A program made the translations under genes and the position numbers. This document shows, piece after piece, positions 1 through 11,856 of a stretch of 43,125 nt of DNA (position 1 is the stretch's first letter; each line of letters begins with the position of its first letter). The notes beneath the pieces were generated by a model. The model worked only from the letters and a program-made list of their open reading frames with translations, ran no database searches and was not told where the DNA came from. The stretch comes from Ministeria vibrans ATCC 50519 (taxonomy: Eukaryota > Protista > Filasterea), in contig CALSCP010000491.1 in NCBI GenBank assembly GCA_943704425.1, positions 1 to 43,125 of the forward strand. Reading direction: 5' to 3'.

Positions 1-1935
1 GAGTATCAGGCGCTGGTGTCGCTGCCCGAGGTCGAAGTGAAGACGATGGAGGAGGACGAGGATGCGGTGGTGACACTGCGCGCCAAGTCGTATCGATACG
101 ACCGCACTGCCAAGTCGTGGAAGGAGCGGGGCACGGGCGAGGTGAAGCTGCTGAAGCACCGAAACAGTGGCAAGGTGCGTGTGCTGATGCGACGGGACCA
201 GACGCTGAAGATCTGCTTGAACCATCTTGTGGTGAGCGGAATGTCGCTGACACTGTTTCCTGGGTACGGAAGCAAGGCGTGGATGTGGCACACGGCAGCG
301 GACATCAGCGACGGTCCGCCCGAAGCGGAGATGTTTGCAGTGCGATTTGCGAATGAGGAGCTCGCGAGTGAGTTCAAGAGTGCGTTTGATGTGGCCGTGG
401 ATGCGTGCGACAAGACGGATGCAACACCGAAGAAGACGGAGGAGAAGGCCGTCGTGGTGAAGGAGGAGGAGAAGAGTGAAGTGACGAGTGCGTCGATTGC
501 GGAGCGGTTCAAGGGGAAGGAAGGGAGCTGGGAGTGCAAGACGTGCATGGTGCGGAATGAGAAGGAGGCTGTCAAGTGCTGTGCGTGTGAGACGAGTCGC
601 GGTGGCGTGGGCAGTGTGAGTGGGAGCGCAGCGAAGCCGGTGTTCAAGCCGACGTTCCAGTTTGGGAGTACGCCCAAGGCAGGTGGGGAGGGCGCGACGA
701 CGTCGACTGAGGTGAAGGCTGAGGTGAAGCCGACGGTTGGGTTTGGCGCTGGTCCCGCGACTGCGTCGAGTGATGCGACTGTGAAGCCGGCGTTTACGTT
801 TGGCGGCACATCAACAGCGAAGAAGGAGGAGGTGAATAGTGACGAAACGGTTGAGGTGAAGCCGATGTTTGCGTCTGGCGCTGGTCTCAAGACTACTTCA
901 AATGATGTTTCTTCAAAAATCGGATCCCTCACGGATGATCATGCTCCTTCCACTCCGATTGCTGCCACGACGCCTTTGGTGAAGCCCACGTTTTCGTTTG
1001 GCACTCGGCCTTCGGCACTCGCCGGAACGACACCACCGTCTGCCATCAGCAGCTCGAGTGAAGATTCCGGCGCTTCCGCGACCCGCGATCCCGAAGATTC
1101 TCCCCTTGCCGTAACTCCTGTGTCTGTCTCAATGCCTGCCATTGTTTCTGGATCCATCACGGCCATCAAGAGCGATCCACCCTCCGCGAGTGCCTCTCCT
1201 TCGCGCCCGTCCACTCCGAGTAGCACCAGTGTCGGCGGTGGCAGTGCGCGCACATCTGTGTCGTCTGTGTCGCGCACCTTCTCTGATGACGGGGGGGTGT
1301 CGCCACTCTTCTCTAAACACACCAGTCGCTCTCCAACGACCATTTTTGGCGGAGGCACTGCGGTGGGCGGAGCAGGGTTTGCTGCGCTTGCCGGAGGCTG
1401 GGCCACGACAGACGACAAGGACAAGGATGTTGTCGGAGACACCACAGAGAAGGAGAATGGTGAAGAAAATGACGAGGATGAGGATGATGGGGAGGGTGGA
1501 GAAGACGAGGACACGGGTGGTGAGTATCAGGCGCTGGTGTCGTTACCCAAGGTCGAAGTGAAGACGATGGAGGAGGACGAGGATGCGGTGGTGACACTAC
1601 CCGCCAAGTCGTATCGATACGACCGCACTGCCAAGTCGTGGAAGGAGCGGGGCACGGGCGAGGTGAAGCTGCTGAAGCACCGAAGCAGTGGCAAGGTGCG
1701 TGTGCTGATGCGACGGGACCAGACGCTGAAGATCTGCTTGAACCATCTTGTGGTGAGCGGAATGTCGCTGACATTGTTTCCTGGGTATGGGAACAAGGCA
1801 TGGGTTTGGCATACGTCGTCGGACGTCAGTGACGGTCCACCCACCTCTGAGATGTTTGCTCTGCGGTTTTCAACCGAAGAACTTGCGAGTGAGTTCAAGA
1901 GTGCGTTTGAGGCGGCTGTTGGAGCTGCCCTGTAA
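1..1935 (+). CDS. RanBP2/Nup358-like nucleoporin, 5' partial: RanBD - RanBP2-type zinc finger - FG/FxFG region - acidic linker - RanBD
   Basis: The frame is open from position 1 (EYQALVSLPEVEVKTMEEDE). It has two Ran-binding domains (WKERGTGEVKLLKH...RVLMRRDQTLKICLNH), a W-x-C-x2-C-x3-N-x6-C-x2-C finger (WECKTCMVRNEKEAVKCCAC) and KPTFQFG/KPAFTFG/KPTFSFG repeats. Stop TAA at 1933-1935. Confidence 0.85.
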   Translation, partial: EYQALVSLPEVEVKTMEEDEDAVVTLRAKSYRYDRTAKSWKERGTGEVKLLKHRNSGKVRVLMRRDQTLKICLNHLVVSGMSLTLFPGYGSKAWMWHTAADISDGPPEAEMFAVRFANEELASEFKSAFDVAVDACDKTDATPKKTEEKAVVVKEEEKSEVTSASIAERFKGKEGSWECKTCMVRNEKEAVKCCACETSRGGVGSVSGSAAKPVFKPTFQFGSTPKAGGEGATTSTEVKAEVKPTVGFGAGPATASSDATVKPAFTFGGTSTAKKEEVNSDETVEVKPMFASGAGLKTTSNDVSSKIGSLTDDHAPSTPIAATTPLVKPTFSFGTRPSALAGTTPPSAISSSSEDSGASATRDPEDSPLAVTPVSVSMPAIVSGSITAIKSDPPSASASPSRPSTPSSTSVGGGSARTSVSSVSRTFSDDGGVSPLFSKHTSRSPTTIFGGGTAVGGAGFAALAGGWATTDDKDKDVVGDTTEKENGEENDEDEDDGEGGEDEDTGGEYQALVSLPKVEVKTMEEDEDAVVTLPAKSYRYDRTAKSWKERGTGEVKLLKHRSSGKVRVLMRRDQTLKICLNHLVVSGMSLTLFPGYGNKAWVWHTSSDVSDGPPTSEMFALRFSTEELASEFKSAFEAAVGAAL

Positions 1936-2258
1936 CTGTATATGTGTGGAGTGTGTGAAAGAATGAGAGAAGAGAGTGAATGAAAACATCATGTGAATTT
2001 GAAGAAGTGAATAGAATCGGTATCTGTCGGTCTACTATGGGTGCTGCATCTTCTTGGAGCTACTTAGTCTATGGCGGAAGCATTGTATTACTCTTCACTG
2101 TTTATATTTTCAATCTCCCTTGAAAACCATTTCGCTTCCACTCTCCAGTCTCTGCAATATATAGTTTTGTTGTGACATTGAGTTCAGCTCATGTATTTTC
2201 TTAATAGTATCAATTCTCAAAATCTCATTATTTTTCTTCTTTACAACCCATTCGATTG

Positions 2259-4082
2259 ATGTCCTTCAAATTCAAGTGGCCCGACTTCACCGAGGAGCAT
2301 GTTGAGCTTGCCAAAGCGCAGGTGTGACCAAGCGAGCCCTTTCCACTCTCCTTCTCATTCCGTCCAAACGTTCTTCAGCTCAACAAAGCGCTTAACTCCG
2401 GTGGCGAACAGCACCCTTCAATTGCTGGTCCTATACACGTTGAGACCGTCTCGTTTGGCACCAAGGTACGTCGACCGCAAGCGGTGGTGTGGAATTGCGT
2501 TTTCAGCTGACTCTGCGTCTCAGCCGCCCGACCTCGAACTGCTTGAGCTGTGTGACGTGAGTGCCGAGCGCTTTCGCGGCATATTCCGCTTCAAGTATGC
2601 AGGCGATGCGTTTCTTCGCATGCGTACAATGGCACAGGTGAGAGAGAGAGAGAGAGAGTGAGTGTGTGTGAGTGTGAAAATGACTCACTCGATTTTCACT
2701 CGATTTCGCTCTATCGTACTCCACAGGCAAACCCCATCAGCGGCACCAAGAAGCGGTCGACCTTTGTCAAGTCAAGTGTGTTTGCCGCAGACAAGCCCTT
2801 GATTGTGCCTATTTTCATCCATGTAAGCGCAAGAGAAACGAAGATTCGTCGAGACTCACTCACTATAAATTACTCTGCACTCTAGATCTCACAATTGCAA
2901 CTTCAGGGTATTGCCACGATTGAAGCGCGTGCTGACAGTGGCGTTACGCTGAGCTTTAAAAACGACCCACTTGTAAGCGTGCTGGTGAGCACGACATTCG
3001 ACGATCAGCCTTCGGTGCGTCGTATGCTTCAGCAGGTCATTGAAGAGCAACTGCGCTCCATGATCAACCGCACCATTCCCAAAATAGTCCATTCGCTCAC
3101 AACAAAGAAGGCCGCAGCGGCAGGATCACACCATCGCCAGCAGCAACCAGGCAGTGGTTTGAGTACAGCGTCGTCGTCGCGACAGTCAACACCCCCATCC
3201 ACTCCGCACCCGTCGTACGCGGACACATCCTCGGCCGCCTCCTCACGTCCCTCCTCCCCTACCAGTTTCGATTTCAACACCGATACCAACACCACCATGC
3301 TCCACACTACTCACGACACCTCTTCCTCCTCCTCCTCTTCCTCCCCCTCTTCCACCGCCGCCCCCTCTCCCTCCACCACCTCCCCCTCCACCCCTGAGCA
3401 GGAAATCACCATCGAATGGGAACCCGACCTGACTCCATTCACCACCCCCGCCCCCTCCCCGCCGCTCTCCCGCCGCTCCTCCTCCTCCTCTTCTCTCTCC
3501 CGACTCCATCACCATGACCACCACCAACTCCCCCCAAAGCACGTTCCCTTCCACCATCGCATCTTCAAGGGTGTCTTTCGGGACTTGGTCAACAAGAAGG
3601 ACGAGACTCCTCTAGTACATCAAATTATGTCTTGTATTTGACCTTGGTCCCCTAACATTTTCTTCTCATACGTGTATAGGACCATCTCGCACCATCACAG
3701 AACCGCGTGACTGCCCATATGCGCACTCTTCACCACAGTCGCGCAACTCTGTCACCCTTTGCCGTCAGTGCCGATCCGTCCGTCGTTGGCGGAGTCAAAG
3801 TCACAGACGACCTTGATTTTAGTGGTATGTTGTTACAAGCAAACCCTCACCCCAAATCCTAATCCTAATGCAAAATGTACTTTCACCTTCCTCTCTCCAT
3901 TAGACACTGTTTCTGAGGGCGGTCTTCCCATCCCTTCTCTGCCTTCTCCGTCGGGTCTTGCTCGCTCCCCTTCCGCCGTTCTCCTCTCGACATCTCCCCA
4001 GCGAGCCGATGGCTCTTTTGCCCGATTCATGCAACGCAGACCTACTTCAAACGCAGGACGTGACACAGAGGAGTATGAATAG
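2259..4082 (+). CDS. MDM34: ERMES subunit Mdm34 (SMP domain), about 7 exons
   Basis: Spliced reading: MSFKFKWPDF...|...ETVSFGTK|PPDLELLELCDVSAERFRGIFRFKYAGDAFLRMRTMAQ|ANP...|...SFKNDPLVSVLVSTTFD...IEEQLRSMINRTIPKIVHSLT. This matches fungal Mdm34 motifs (PPDLEILE, RFRGIF, YSGDAFL, QANP, FRNDPL, STFD). GT-AG introns keep the frame; the 3' exons are less certain. Confidence 0.9.
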
Positions 4083-4166
4083 TTTATAGTATTGTTGTGC
4101 ATTAGTAAATTTAATTTCTGTAACGATTACAAAAACAAAAAAAAAAACAAAAAGCAAAGACTTGCT

Positions 4167-7131
4167 CTACTGTTGAGCGGATGAGTGAGGAGCCGTGGTC
4201 AGGAGACCCGATGGAGCACGACCCAACTGTGCACTTACAGCAGTAGTCGTAGTCGTGTGAGTGGTATGGAGTGGAGGGAACACCACAGATGCAGCAGGAC
4301 CAGAAGTGTGTTGAGAGGTCATCGTTGCACTTGTGTCACTTGTGCGCAAACCGTGCTCCGCCAGTGACACCCCCGCGTCGCTCAGACGCGCCTCAGTTGC
4401 ACTCACAAGCTCACGATACCCTTTTGTCACCCGCGCAAGGTCATATTCCAGATCGCGAATCAGTGTGTTTTTGGCGCCCAGAAGTGCGTCCAGTTTGTGC
4501 GTTACTGCACTCAGTGCGGACGGGTCCAGATTGCACGAGCTCAGCACTTCGTTCAATTGCGCCTCCTAAACAAAATAATATTATTAATGAAATAATAATG
4601 CCGATAAAAAGGAGGGTGAGTCACATATTTATTAATGAACTTTATTGTACTTGTTTTTACAGCGTCGTATGACATTGAGTGGCACAAACTAATGACCCGT
4701 TCATTTGGAATGGTTACTAACCCTAACCCTAACCCAGAGTTCATTTTTGTTTCATTTTACCTTTTTTTCGAGTGATTCTTTGAGGGTCGACAGCCTTTTC
4801 TCGAGAATCAGGTTCTTCAAACCTGTTTTCTGTTTGACTTGATGAATCGCTCGCACAAACTGACTGTACAGCTCATTCCGCTCTTCTTCCGTCCTCTGAA
4901 ACCGCTGCGAAAGAACTAAAAACAAAGTAAAGAATAAATTTTATGACACAGCAGTCACCAGACAGCAAACACGCAATATCAATCACATTAAGGATCAAGA
5001 CGTGAAAAATCCAAACCCCCCTGTGATATTTATACACTAACCTTCTCGTTCCCACACAAGCGATTCGATTTCACTTTCGAGTTGTTTCACACGCGCTTTG
5101 TGTGTATTGAGCGAGGTTTTGTCCTTTGCGTAACTGCCCAACTGACTTCGAAGCTACAAAAAAACATCAATACAGAACCGATCAATCACAATCAATGCAC
5201 CTTTCGTTTTCTCACCTGTTCCATTTCCCTCTGAGCCTCACTCAATGGCCCACTCAGTCGTTTGTTTTCCGCTGATATTTCATGCAGTGTCTTTTCGCGC
5301 TCTTCCTCTCTCTTTTTCATGTCTTCCAACTAAATTTTGGGAGTAAGTGAAGTTTTGTTTTTTTTTTTGTTTGTTTTTTGGTTGTTTGTTTTTACGCGTT
5401 CTTTGAGCGATTGAATTAATGCCAAATTGCTCACAGTGACGTCGTTGTAATATGCTTTCATTTCGGCAAAGGCTCGTTCGTGTTCACTCATCAGAGTGCT
5501 GATCTGACTGTTCTTTTGCTCCTCAATGCTAAATACTTCGTTCTAAATCGACATCATAACAATTATAGGATGACGGTTTAGTGTTTTGTTGATTGATCAT
5601 GACTAGCTATGTATGTATAGACTCTCGTTTGTGTCTATACCTTTCTGCGGAGAGTGAGTTCTTCCCGGACAGTTTGCAATCGGTCTTCGTATTTCAATTG
5701 GACTTCGTTGATTCGTCGCTCAAACTCTTTGCGATTTTCTATGCATATGAAAACATAAAAAAAACCAACTTGTTAAACTCGTTCTGTTTTTCCTCGTTGT
5801 CTCCCAATTTTGCAGATACCAGTCAGTTCTCTTTGGTGATTCAATTTGAGCGATTGAAAGAGTTGTTCGTGTGCCAGCTCGGTTTCCTTCAGTTGCAGTT
5901 TCAGTGCGCGCAATTCTCGTCTTAGTCCCATTTCCTTTTCGCGTTCCTCCTCCTACACCAAAAACCATAATATAATAATTATAATCAATAATAATTGTAC
6001 AGCTCCCTATTCTCTATATTTTACTACAATATTTTAATATTATTCTATTATTGATGCCTTCGTGCAGGTTTAATGTTCGACTGTTCATACCTGTTCGGCT
6101 TTGAGTGCTTCTGTTGCGTCGCGTTTGAGTCCCGTTACTCCGTTTTGATGCTCAAACAATAAGTGTTTCACCTTTTGCTTGTACACTTTAATCTCAACTA
6201 AATAGTATTTCCTTGCTGATCAGTCTAGGGTGTGTGTTGATCCCTGGCAGGTTACCTTGGTGACGCTCCTCCATCTCTTCCATTTCTCGGTCTTTGTTGC
6301 GCAAGTCTGCGCGTCGTTCTTCCAGTTGGCGCTTGGTGACTTCCCAAAATGTATTCACTTTGTCCTACATGTGCGTATAATAATAAATAAAAAGATATAA
6401 TAATAATAATAAAATCACAAATTAAAGCGGTGACAATTGTTTGTTGTGAGAGCATTGCAACAACTCAACGTCGTTTCTAATGCAACTTACGCGCTCCAGC
6501 TGGAAGTAGTTGCGCTCCTCACGCTCGCGGTCGAGCTCTCCGCGGATCTGGCGAACGTTGTTTTCGAGTTCTTCTTTGCTCATGTCGGCTGAGAGAGAAG
6601 AGAGAGATCAGAGAGGAAAAAGAAAAAGAGAGAATGTCATTCAATGTCAATCGTGAGTGAAAATAATTATGGTTCTGGCGCTTATTATAAGTTTCGAAGT
6701 ACCGACGTTCTTGCCGTCAATGATGACTGGCATCGCAGGCTCCTTGGCCTTCTTCTTCTTGACAAGCTTCTTCTTGGGAGGCTAAAGAATTCGAAATGTT
6801 TCAAATAAGAAAACACTCAATACGAGACAGTGCGAGAGTCGTTTTGCCGTCAGCGTTTGGTGTCGTATGGTGCAATGGTCTAGGGTGCTTGTGAGGGTTA
6901 GGCGTGGAGAGCTAGAGGCCATCGCATAAGTTTTTTTTTCTCTCGCTCTCCAACAGATTATTCTGCTGAATATATAGACGAACGAGACGGCTGGCGTCGA
7001 GTAGTGTGGTGAAAGTGTGATTTGATTATAGTAATTGGTGGGGATAGCGGTAGAAGATAAAGAGGGAGCAAGCTTTTACAACTTCTTTGACAAGTCGGTT
7101 GTCTTGGAAACGCAAACTAAATCCATACCAT
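4167..7131 (-). CDS. GAS8: Dynein regulatory complex subunit 4 (GAS8/trypanin), multi-exon
   Basis: Exons give PPKKK..., [16 protein letters not shown]|[13 protein letters not shown]|[32 protein letters not shown] and [22 protein letters not shown], all hallmark GAS8 segments. The start is placed tentatively at an ATG|GTATGG micro-exon (7131-7129). Confidence 0.93.
4717..4735 (+). repeat. Short interstitial telomere-like (CCCTAA)3 tract within a GAS8 intron
   Basis: ctaaccctaaccctaaccc is seen directly. Confidence 0.5.
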
Positions 7132-7369
7132 AGTTTAATTGCTCTGTTGAGAAGTATGTGCTGTGCGGGAATGCGTTATTAGAGATAATGTTATATGGGA
7201 AGAGTTGTAGTAAACGAAATGACGAAAGGCGAAGAGAATTTAAAGAAGACAAAATTGGTTTATTATTAATTATTATTGTTTTTAACAAACAATACAATCT
7301 TGAATACAACTCGATCAGTGACATGGAGCCAGCCCGTGAACAACATGGACTGGAATTAATCGTACGTTT

Positions 7370-8371
7370 TCAGGCTTGAGTGGCTAATAGCCTGATGAGT
7401 AAGACGAGAGCACCGACGACGACGGTGAGAGTGACGGTGAGCTTGAGTGGTGTCTGAGGGACATGGTGGGCAACGAGAGCGCCAATGAGCACGGCGGGAG
7501 AAAGTGAGATGGCAAGAACACCTGCAAGAGCCCATTCAATGGGCTCTTTTAGCGCGACGGTGACAAGAGTGGCTGCCAGAGCAATGGGCACTTGGACAGC
7601 CTGAGCACAGCCGAGCGACGCGAGCAAGGGCCAGTCAGCAATGGAAAGAATGGGCAGCAGAATGACGGGCCCCGACGAGCCTGTTAGCGACGATGCAAAG
7701 CCTGTGATCGCACCAAATACGCTAGACAGAATGTCTTGTTTTCGAGTGGGCGGACGGCGCGGAGGCAATTCCTCGCACGCCTGACTGTCAGCGCCTTCTC
7801 CGTCGTCTTCTTTCTCGCTCTCCGGTGGTGGCGGTGACGGCAAATCGGTGTGCTGCACCTGTTGCTCGCCATCCAAACACGCCGTGTCATCAGATGGCAA
7901 GCTGGTGGCGGTTTCGGTCCTCTGCAGATCTCTGAGAGGAAGATGGTCGTCGTCTGAGGTGCTGTGCAGCGCCCTGCTGGTGCGTCTCTCTTGCCGGAGG
8001 CGACGGAGGGTGCGAATGAGCGAGAAGACGGAGGTGATGAGCAGGAGAGAGTAGAGGGTGCAGAGAAGTGCGAACCCTGAGACAAGTGTGAGAATGTATG
8101 AGCCAAGACCCGCAAAGGGAAACGCCGCCACCAGAAGCGGCATGGAGTGCCGCCACGAAATGGACTCCTTCCTGGCAAAGACCGACATGCCTGCGAGGCC
8201 AGCGGCAATGTAGGCAGCCATCGAGGCGCGCACGACCGAGTGGACGTCAAGACCGTCAAGGTGGATCAAAATAGGCACAAGCAGCACACCGCCCACGCCC
8301 ACAGCACCTATCAGTAGGCCAGCAACAAACCCAACGAGGGCACTAATGCCCAGTGTTGCCGCCGGGAGCAT
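7370..8371 (-). CDS. Sulfite exporter TauE/SafE (TSUP) family membrane protein, intronless
   Basis: Two hydrophobic halves begin GLLIGAVGVGGVLLVP and GFASSLTGSSGPVILLP, separated by an acidic loop. The first ATG is at 8371. Confidence 0.85.
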   Translation of the reverse strand: MLPAATLGISALVGFVAGLLIGAVGVGGVLLVPILIHLDGLDVHSVVRASMAAYIAAGLAGMSVFARKESISWRHSMPLLVAAFPFAGLGSYILTLVSGFALLCTLYSLLLITSVFSLIRTLRRLRQERRTSRALHSTSDDDHLPLRDLQRTETATSLPSDDTACLDGEQQVQHTDLPSPPPPESEKEDDGEGADSQACEELPPRRPPTRKQDILSSVFGAITGFASSLTGSSGPVILLPILSIADWPLLASLGCAQAVQVPIALAATLVTVALKEPIEWALAGVLAISLSPAVLIGALVAHHVPQTPLKLTVTLTVVVGALVLLIRLLATQA

Positions 8372-8458
8372 TAAATTGAATTGCGTTTTGAAAATTGACT
8401 TGATCAATGATCAATCAAAGCCTAAACTTTTAACTTTTTTTGTTTGTTTGTTTTGTTG

Positions 8459-9397
8459 ATGGAAAATCCATTTGCTGACGACTTCTTTGATGATCCAACT
8501 CCTGTGGTGGTGGAAAAGCCTCTAATTGAAGCGTATACGGCATGTCAGAGGGAGGCTAGGGTATTGAATTGGTGTGTGCAATAGAAACACGTTCGCTCAT
8601 ATGTTTCGCAGTGGTTTATGTCGAGCGCCACCGCTCAGTGCGACATTGAGGTGCTGATGAGCCGCGCCCAACAGCTCTATCTTGATGAAGACTACGAAGG
8701 AGCGCTGGCGGCTGCCTCTGAATGGCTGCTGCAGTGCAAGACTGAGTCGTCCCGTCGCGACGCCACAGACATGGTGGCACGGTGCCTCAGTCGCGCCTCT
8801 GCTGCGTACGCGCGCGCCGTCGAAGTGGCCCAGCGACTCACGCACATCTACCAGTCGCTGACTCCTCCGTCGGGTGCGTTTTCTTGGGCGCTTCTGGGCG
8901 ATATTCATGCGAAAGAGGAGCAGTGGGCGCTCGCAGACGAAGCGTACAAGCGGGCGTGTGCCTCCGACCCGATGACTGTACAGTGGTGGTGTCGTCTTGC
9001 GCGTGTCTATGTGTGTACCGGGAAACATCTATTGGCGCTGTATGCCTGTCAAATTGGGCGCATTGCGCTTCTGGGCGGTCGTGGCAAGTACGATCGGGCG
9101 GTGGCATTGCGTCGGGGTCACAGCGAGCAATTGAGTGACGACGAGAAGCGCATCTTTGGCATGGCACCACCCGCTGAAACCACCACGCCTCTGTTTCAAC
9201 TGTCGCATGCGCGTTTGCAGAGTCGACTGGACAGCATCGAGAGAGATGCACTTGGAGCAGAGAGCGATGACCCGCGTTCGGCCATTCGTTCCCGTCTCGA
9301 TCAAGAGAGTGTACCAACGCTGCTTGAGCTACACAACGGAGTCAGTGAGGTTTTGGAGTGTCTCGATGACTTTGAGCGGGTCTTTTTCAAATTGTAA
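8459..9397 (+). CDS. C8orf76-like TPR protein (exons 8459-8560 and 8612-9397)
   Basis: MENPFADDFFDD...AYTACQREAR|WFMS...YLDEDYEGAL...RRDATDMVARCLSR...DPMTVQWWCRLARVY parallels human C8orf76 (FEDSVF...SYCAKLCEPQWF...AYRRQEYQKAL...KRDVQEGQARCL...HPFNPWNWGKLAEAY). Intron 8561-8611 is in phase 0. Confidence 0.7.
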
Positions 9398-9502
9398 TCA
9401 GTTTGTATTAAAATATTTTAACAAATCATAACAGTCAACGACTCACTTTCTTTAGAAGAACATTTTTTAATTATCCATCGTATAACTATCGTGTGTGCGT
9501 TG

Positions 9503-11185
9503 ATGATCTCGGAAGAAGAGTCGACCCTTTGCGTCTCGCTGCGTCAGGCGGTCGAGGAAAAATTTGCCAAAGACTCAGAGGAGATTTCTCCCTATCAAAC
9601 AAAGCTCCTCGACGATGGCCACTTCCTTGTGAGGTAAAGATGGGAGGAGGGGTGTGAGGGGGAAGGGGTGAGAGGGCGAGAAAGGCGTGAAGGAGCGCGG
9701 ATCAACCTGTGAAACGTGACGCTGCTCGATCTTTTCTTTTGAACTTGTGACCGAAAAAAGCATCCAATGGCACGCCACTCTCTTGCGAGGCGTGATCTGT
9801 TGCAGTGGGTGTGTAGATCGGACACAATCGAGCACGCGAAGAGTGGATTTTGTCGTGTGGGTGACAGATGATGATGTTAACTTCCCCGATCGCTCTCGTA
9901 GATATCTGCGCGCCAGAGACGGCCACGTTGCCAAGGCAGCGACCATGATGTATTCTTCTTTGAAATGGCGCGATGCAAATCCGCCGGAAGACATTGAGTC
10001 GCAAACTATGGCTGATGATTTGAAAATGGTATGACGACAGACGATACTATTGTGGCGTTTGTGACTGTGTTTTATCTATTGTGTGTGACTGGGGCGTTTT
10101 GTGACTGTTTCTTACCTATTGTGTGTGACTGGGGCGTTTTGTGACTGTTTCTTACCTATTGTGTCTGACTGGGGAGTTTGTGACTGTTTCTTATCTATTG
10201 CGTCTGACTGTCGTGTGTGTGCCTGTTTCTTACCTATTGTGTCTGACTGGCGCGTTTGTGACTGGTTCTTACCTATTGTGTCTGACTGGCGCGTTTGTGA
10301 CTGTTTCTTGCCTATTGTGGTCTGTGGATCGTTAAATGGCTTGTGTACTTTTGATTGTGTAGGGTAAAATGTACATGAACGGACGGGACAAGGAAGGACG
10401 ACCGAGTACGTAACAATACTTACGGATCATCCAAGTACCCAAATTTGACTATTATTACTTGTAGTTGTGATATTCCGTCCGTCGCGCGACGATGATTCGC
10501 TGGGAACACTCGAGTCCAAAGTGCGCTTCTTTGTGTGGGTTATTGAATTTTCGATTGCACGAATGGCTCAAGGTTATACACAATTCAATCCGCTTATCCC
10601 ATTCACGCCGTGCTATGCTCCTCTCTTCATGCTGTGACACGTATCTCTCGACATCTCTCCACAGGCGTCACTCAAATGACGTGGATCATCGACATGAGCT
10701 CATACCACATTGGTCCGTCCGACCTCAAACGCGCATCTCTCGCCAAAGCACTCCTCAACACACTCCAGAACGAATATCCCGAGCGCGTCCATCGGCTTCT
10801 TGTCGTTGAGCCCCCATGGTACTTCCGCGTTGCCTTTGCTCTCATCAGACCCATTCTCAGCGCAAAGACGCTCGAGAAAGTGCTGATGGAGTACCGTTCC
10901 AAAGACTCAACGTAAACAACAAAAACAAAGTTGGTTCGACTGTTTCATACTTTTCTTTCTGGTGGAATTTTAGGGACGAAAAAGTTGTGTTTCCACAGTT
11001 AAGAGAGTTAATTGAAGAAGACCAGCTTGAAGTCGCGTTCGGGTCAGTGAAAAACGAGTGGAAAAAAATGTATCTTCTGACTTTGAATTGTCTTTGTATG
11101 TTTCCTTTTCTAAAGTGGAACTTTGGCTGAACCGAATTTTGAGGATTTCTTGCGGGGAAAAACTCCACATGATGTTGTAGAGTAA
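9503..11185 (+). CDS. CRAL-TRIO/Sec14-like lipid-binding protein, about 7 exons
   Basis: DDGHFLVR|YLRARDGHVAKAATMMYSSLKWR, GKMYMNGRDKEGRP, QMTWIIDM, LQNEYPERVHRLLVVEPPWYFRVAFALIRPILSAKTLEKV, IEEDQLEVAFG|GTL. Stop at 11183-11185. Confidence 0.9.
10047..10322. repeat. Intronic minisatellite, about 7 copies of a 39-40 bp unit
   Basis: The unit gtgactgtttcttacctattgtgtctgactgg(g)gcgttt repeats with starts near 10061, 10101, 10141, 10180, 10219, 10258 and 10297. Confidence 0.95.
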
Positions 11186-11772
11186 AAGATAGTATGACGT
11201 TATATTTGGTGAATGGGCGCACAGAGGGCGATTGCCTTGAGTGCAATTTTATGATCGAGTCTTTGCTGGGCGAAGGTTGCGGACGAGGATCTCTGCAAAA
11301 GAAAAAAAACAATTGGTTGATCGTTTTTGTTTTGGGGACCCTTAAAAAAGTAAACCCTGACAGAAATGAAATGAAACAGAAATTGCAAACGACCTCGACG
11401 TTCTCTGAGCCAATGACGATTGAAGAGGCATTGTAATCAGCGACGCCGGACCAAACCCAGTGTTTTTCAAAAGAGGAAGTGGTTGAGTGAGTGATTGGTT
11501 GGAGTTGACTTTGGTTTAGTCATTTGTTTTTCATGGAGTTGACTCGACCCATCTCTATAAAAAGAGCTTTTTGGCAAAGTTTGTATTCACTTTTTTCTCT
11601 TCTTCTCTTTTATAATCACTAAGAAACGCAGTTCATCTTCAATAATCAATTGCACACATGAAAAAGTCCACGTCGAGAGTTTGGAGCAATGATGAAATTT
11701 ATATTGCGCGCAAAAATTCTTTTCGTTCTGTCGCAAAACGTTGAAAAATATAACATTTTTAATAATGAAGCA

Positions 11773-11856
11773 ATCGCCATGCGGGGGGTTTGGTTAGCAT
11801 TAATAGAAAACAGGGCTTAGACCGATGAAGATGCGGTTCGACTTTGCGTCGTGCCT
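11773..11856 (+). pseudogene. Degenerate tRNA copy, first unit of the tRNA-Gln array
   Basis: cagggcttagaccgatgaagatgcggttcgactttgcgtcgtgcctctt aligns without gaps to the 3' part of the Gln genes and is followed by the same spacer start (ctctt.atataattatgttga). The stems are disrupted. Confidence 0.7.

Noticed and set aside
6-1898. Long antisense ORFs over the RanBP2-like gene, and similar ones over CFAP44, CEP104 and the CAP-Gly gene
   Set aside because: These are shadow ORFs from GC-rich, low-complexity coding sequence.
4717-4735. Telomere or chromosome-fusion scar
   Set aside because: Only three units inside an intron of an intact gene, too short to imply a fusion.
6858-6905. A-box-like TGGTGCAATGGTCTAGG in GAS8 intron 1, a possible tRNA 5' half
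   Set aside because: There is no convincing D or anticodon stem and no matching T-arm half nearby.
11810-11830. Possible suppressor tRNA or stop-codon reassignment
   Set aside because: The degenerate unit has TAG, not CTA or TTA, at the anticodon position and has broken stems. Gene models end in TAA, TAG and TGA, and apparent in-frame stops fall in introns.
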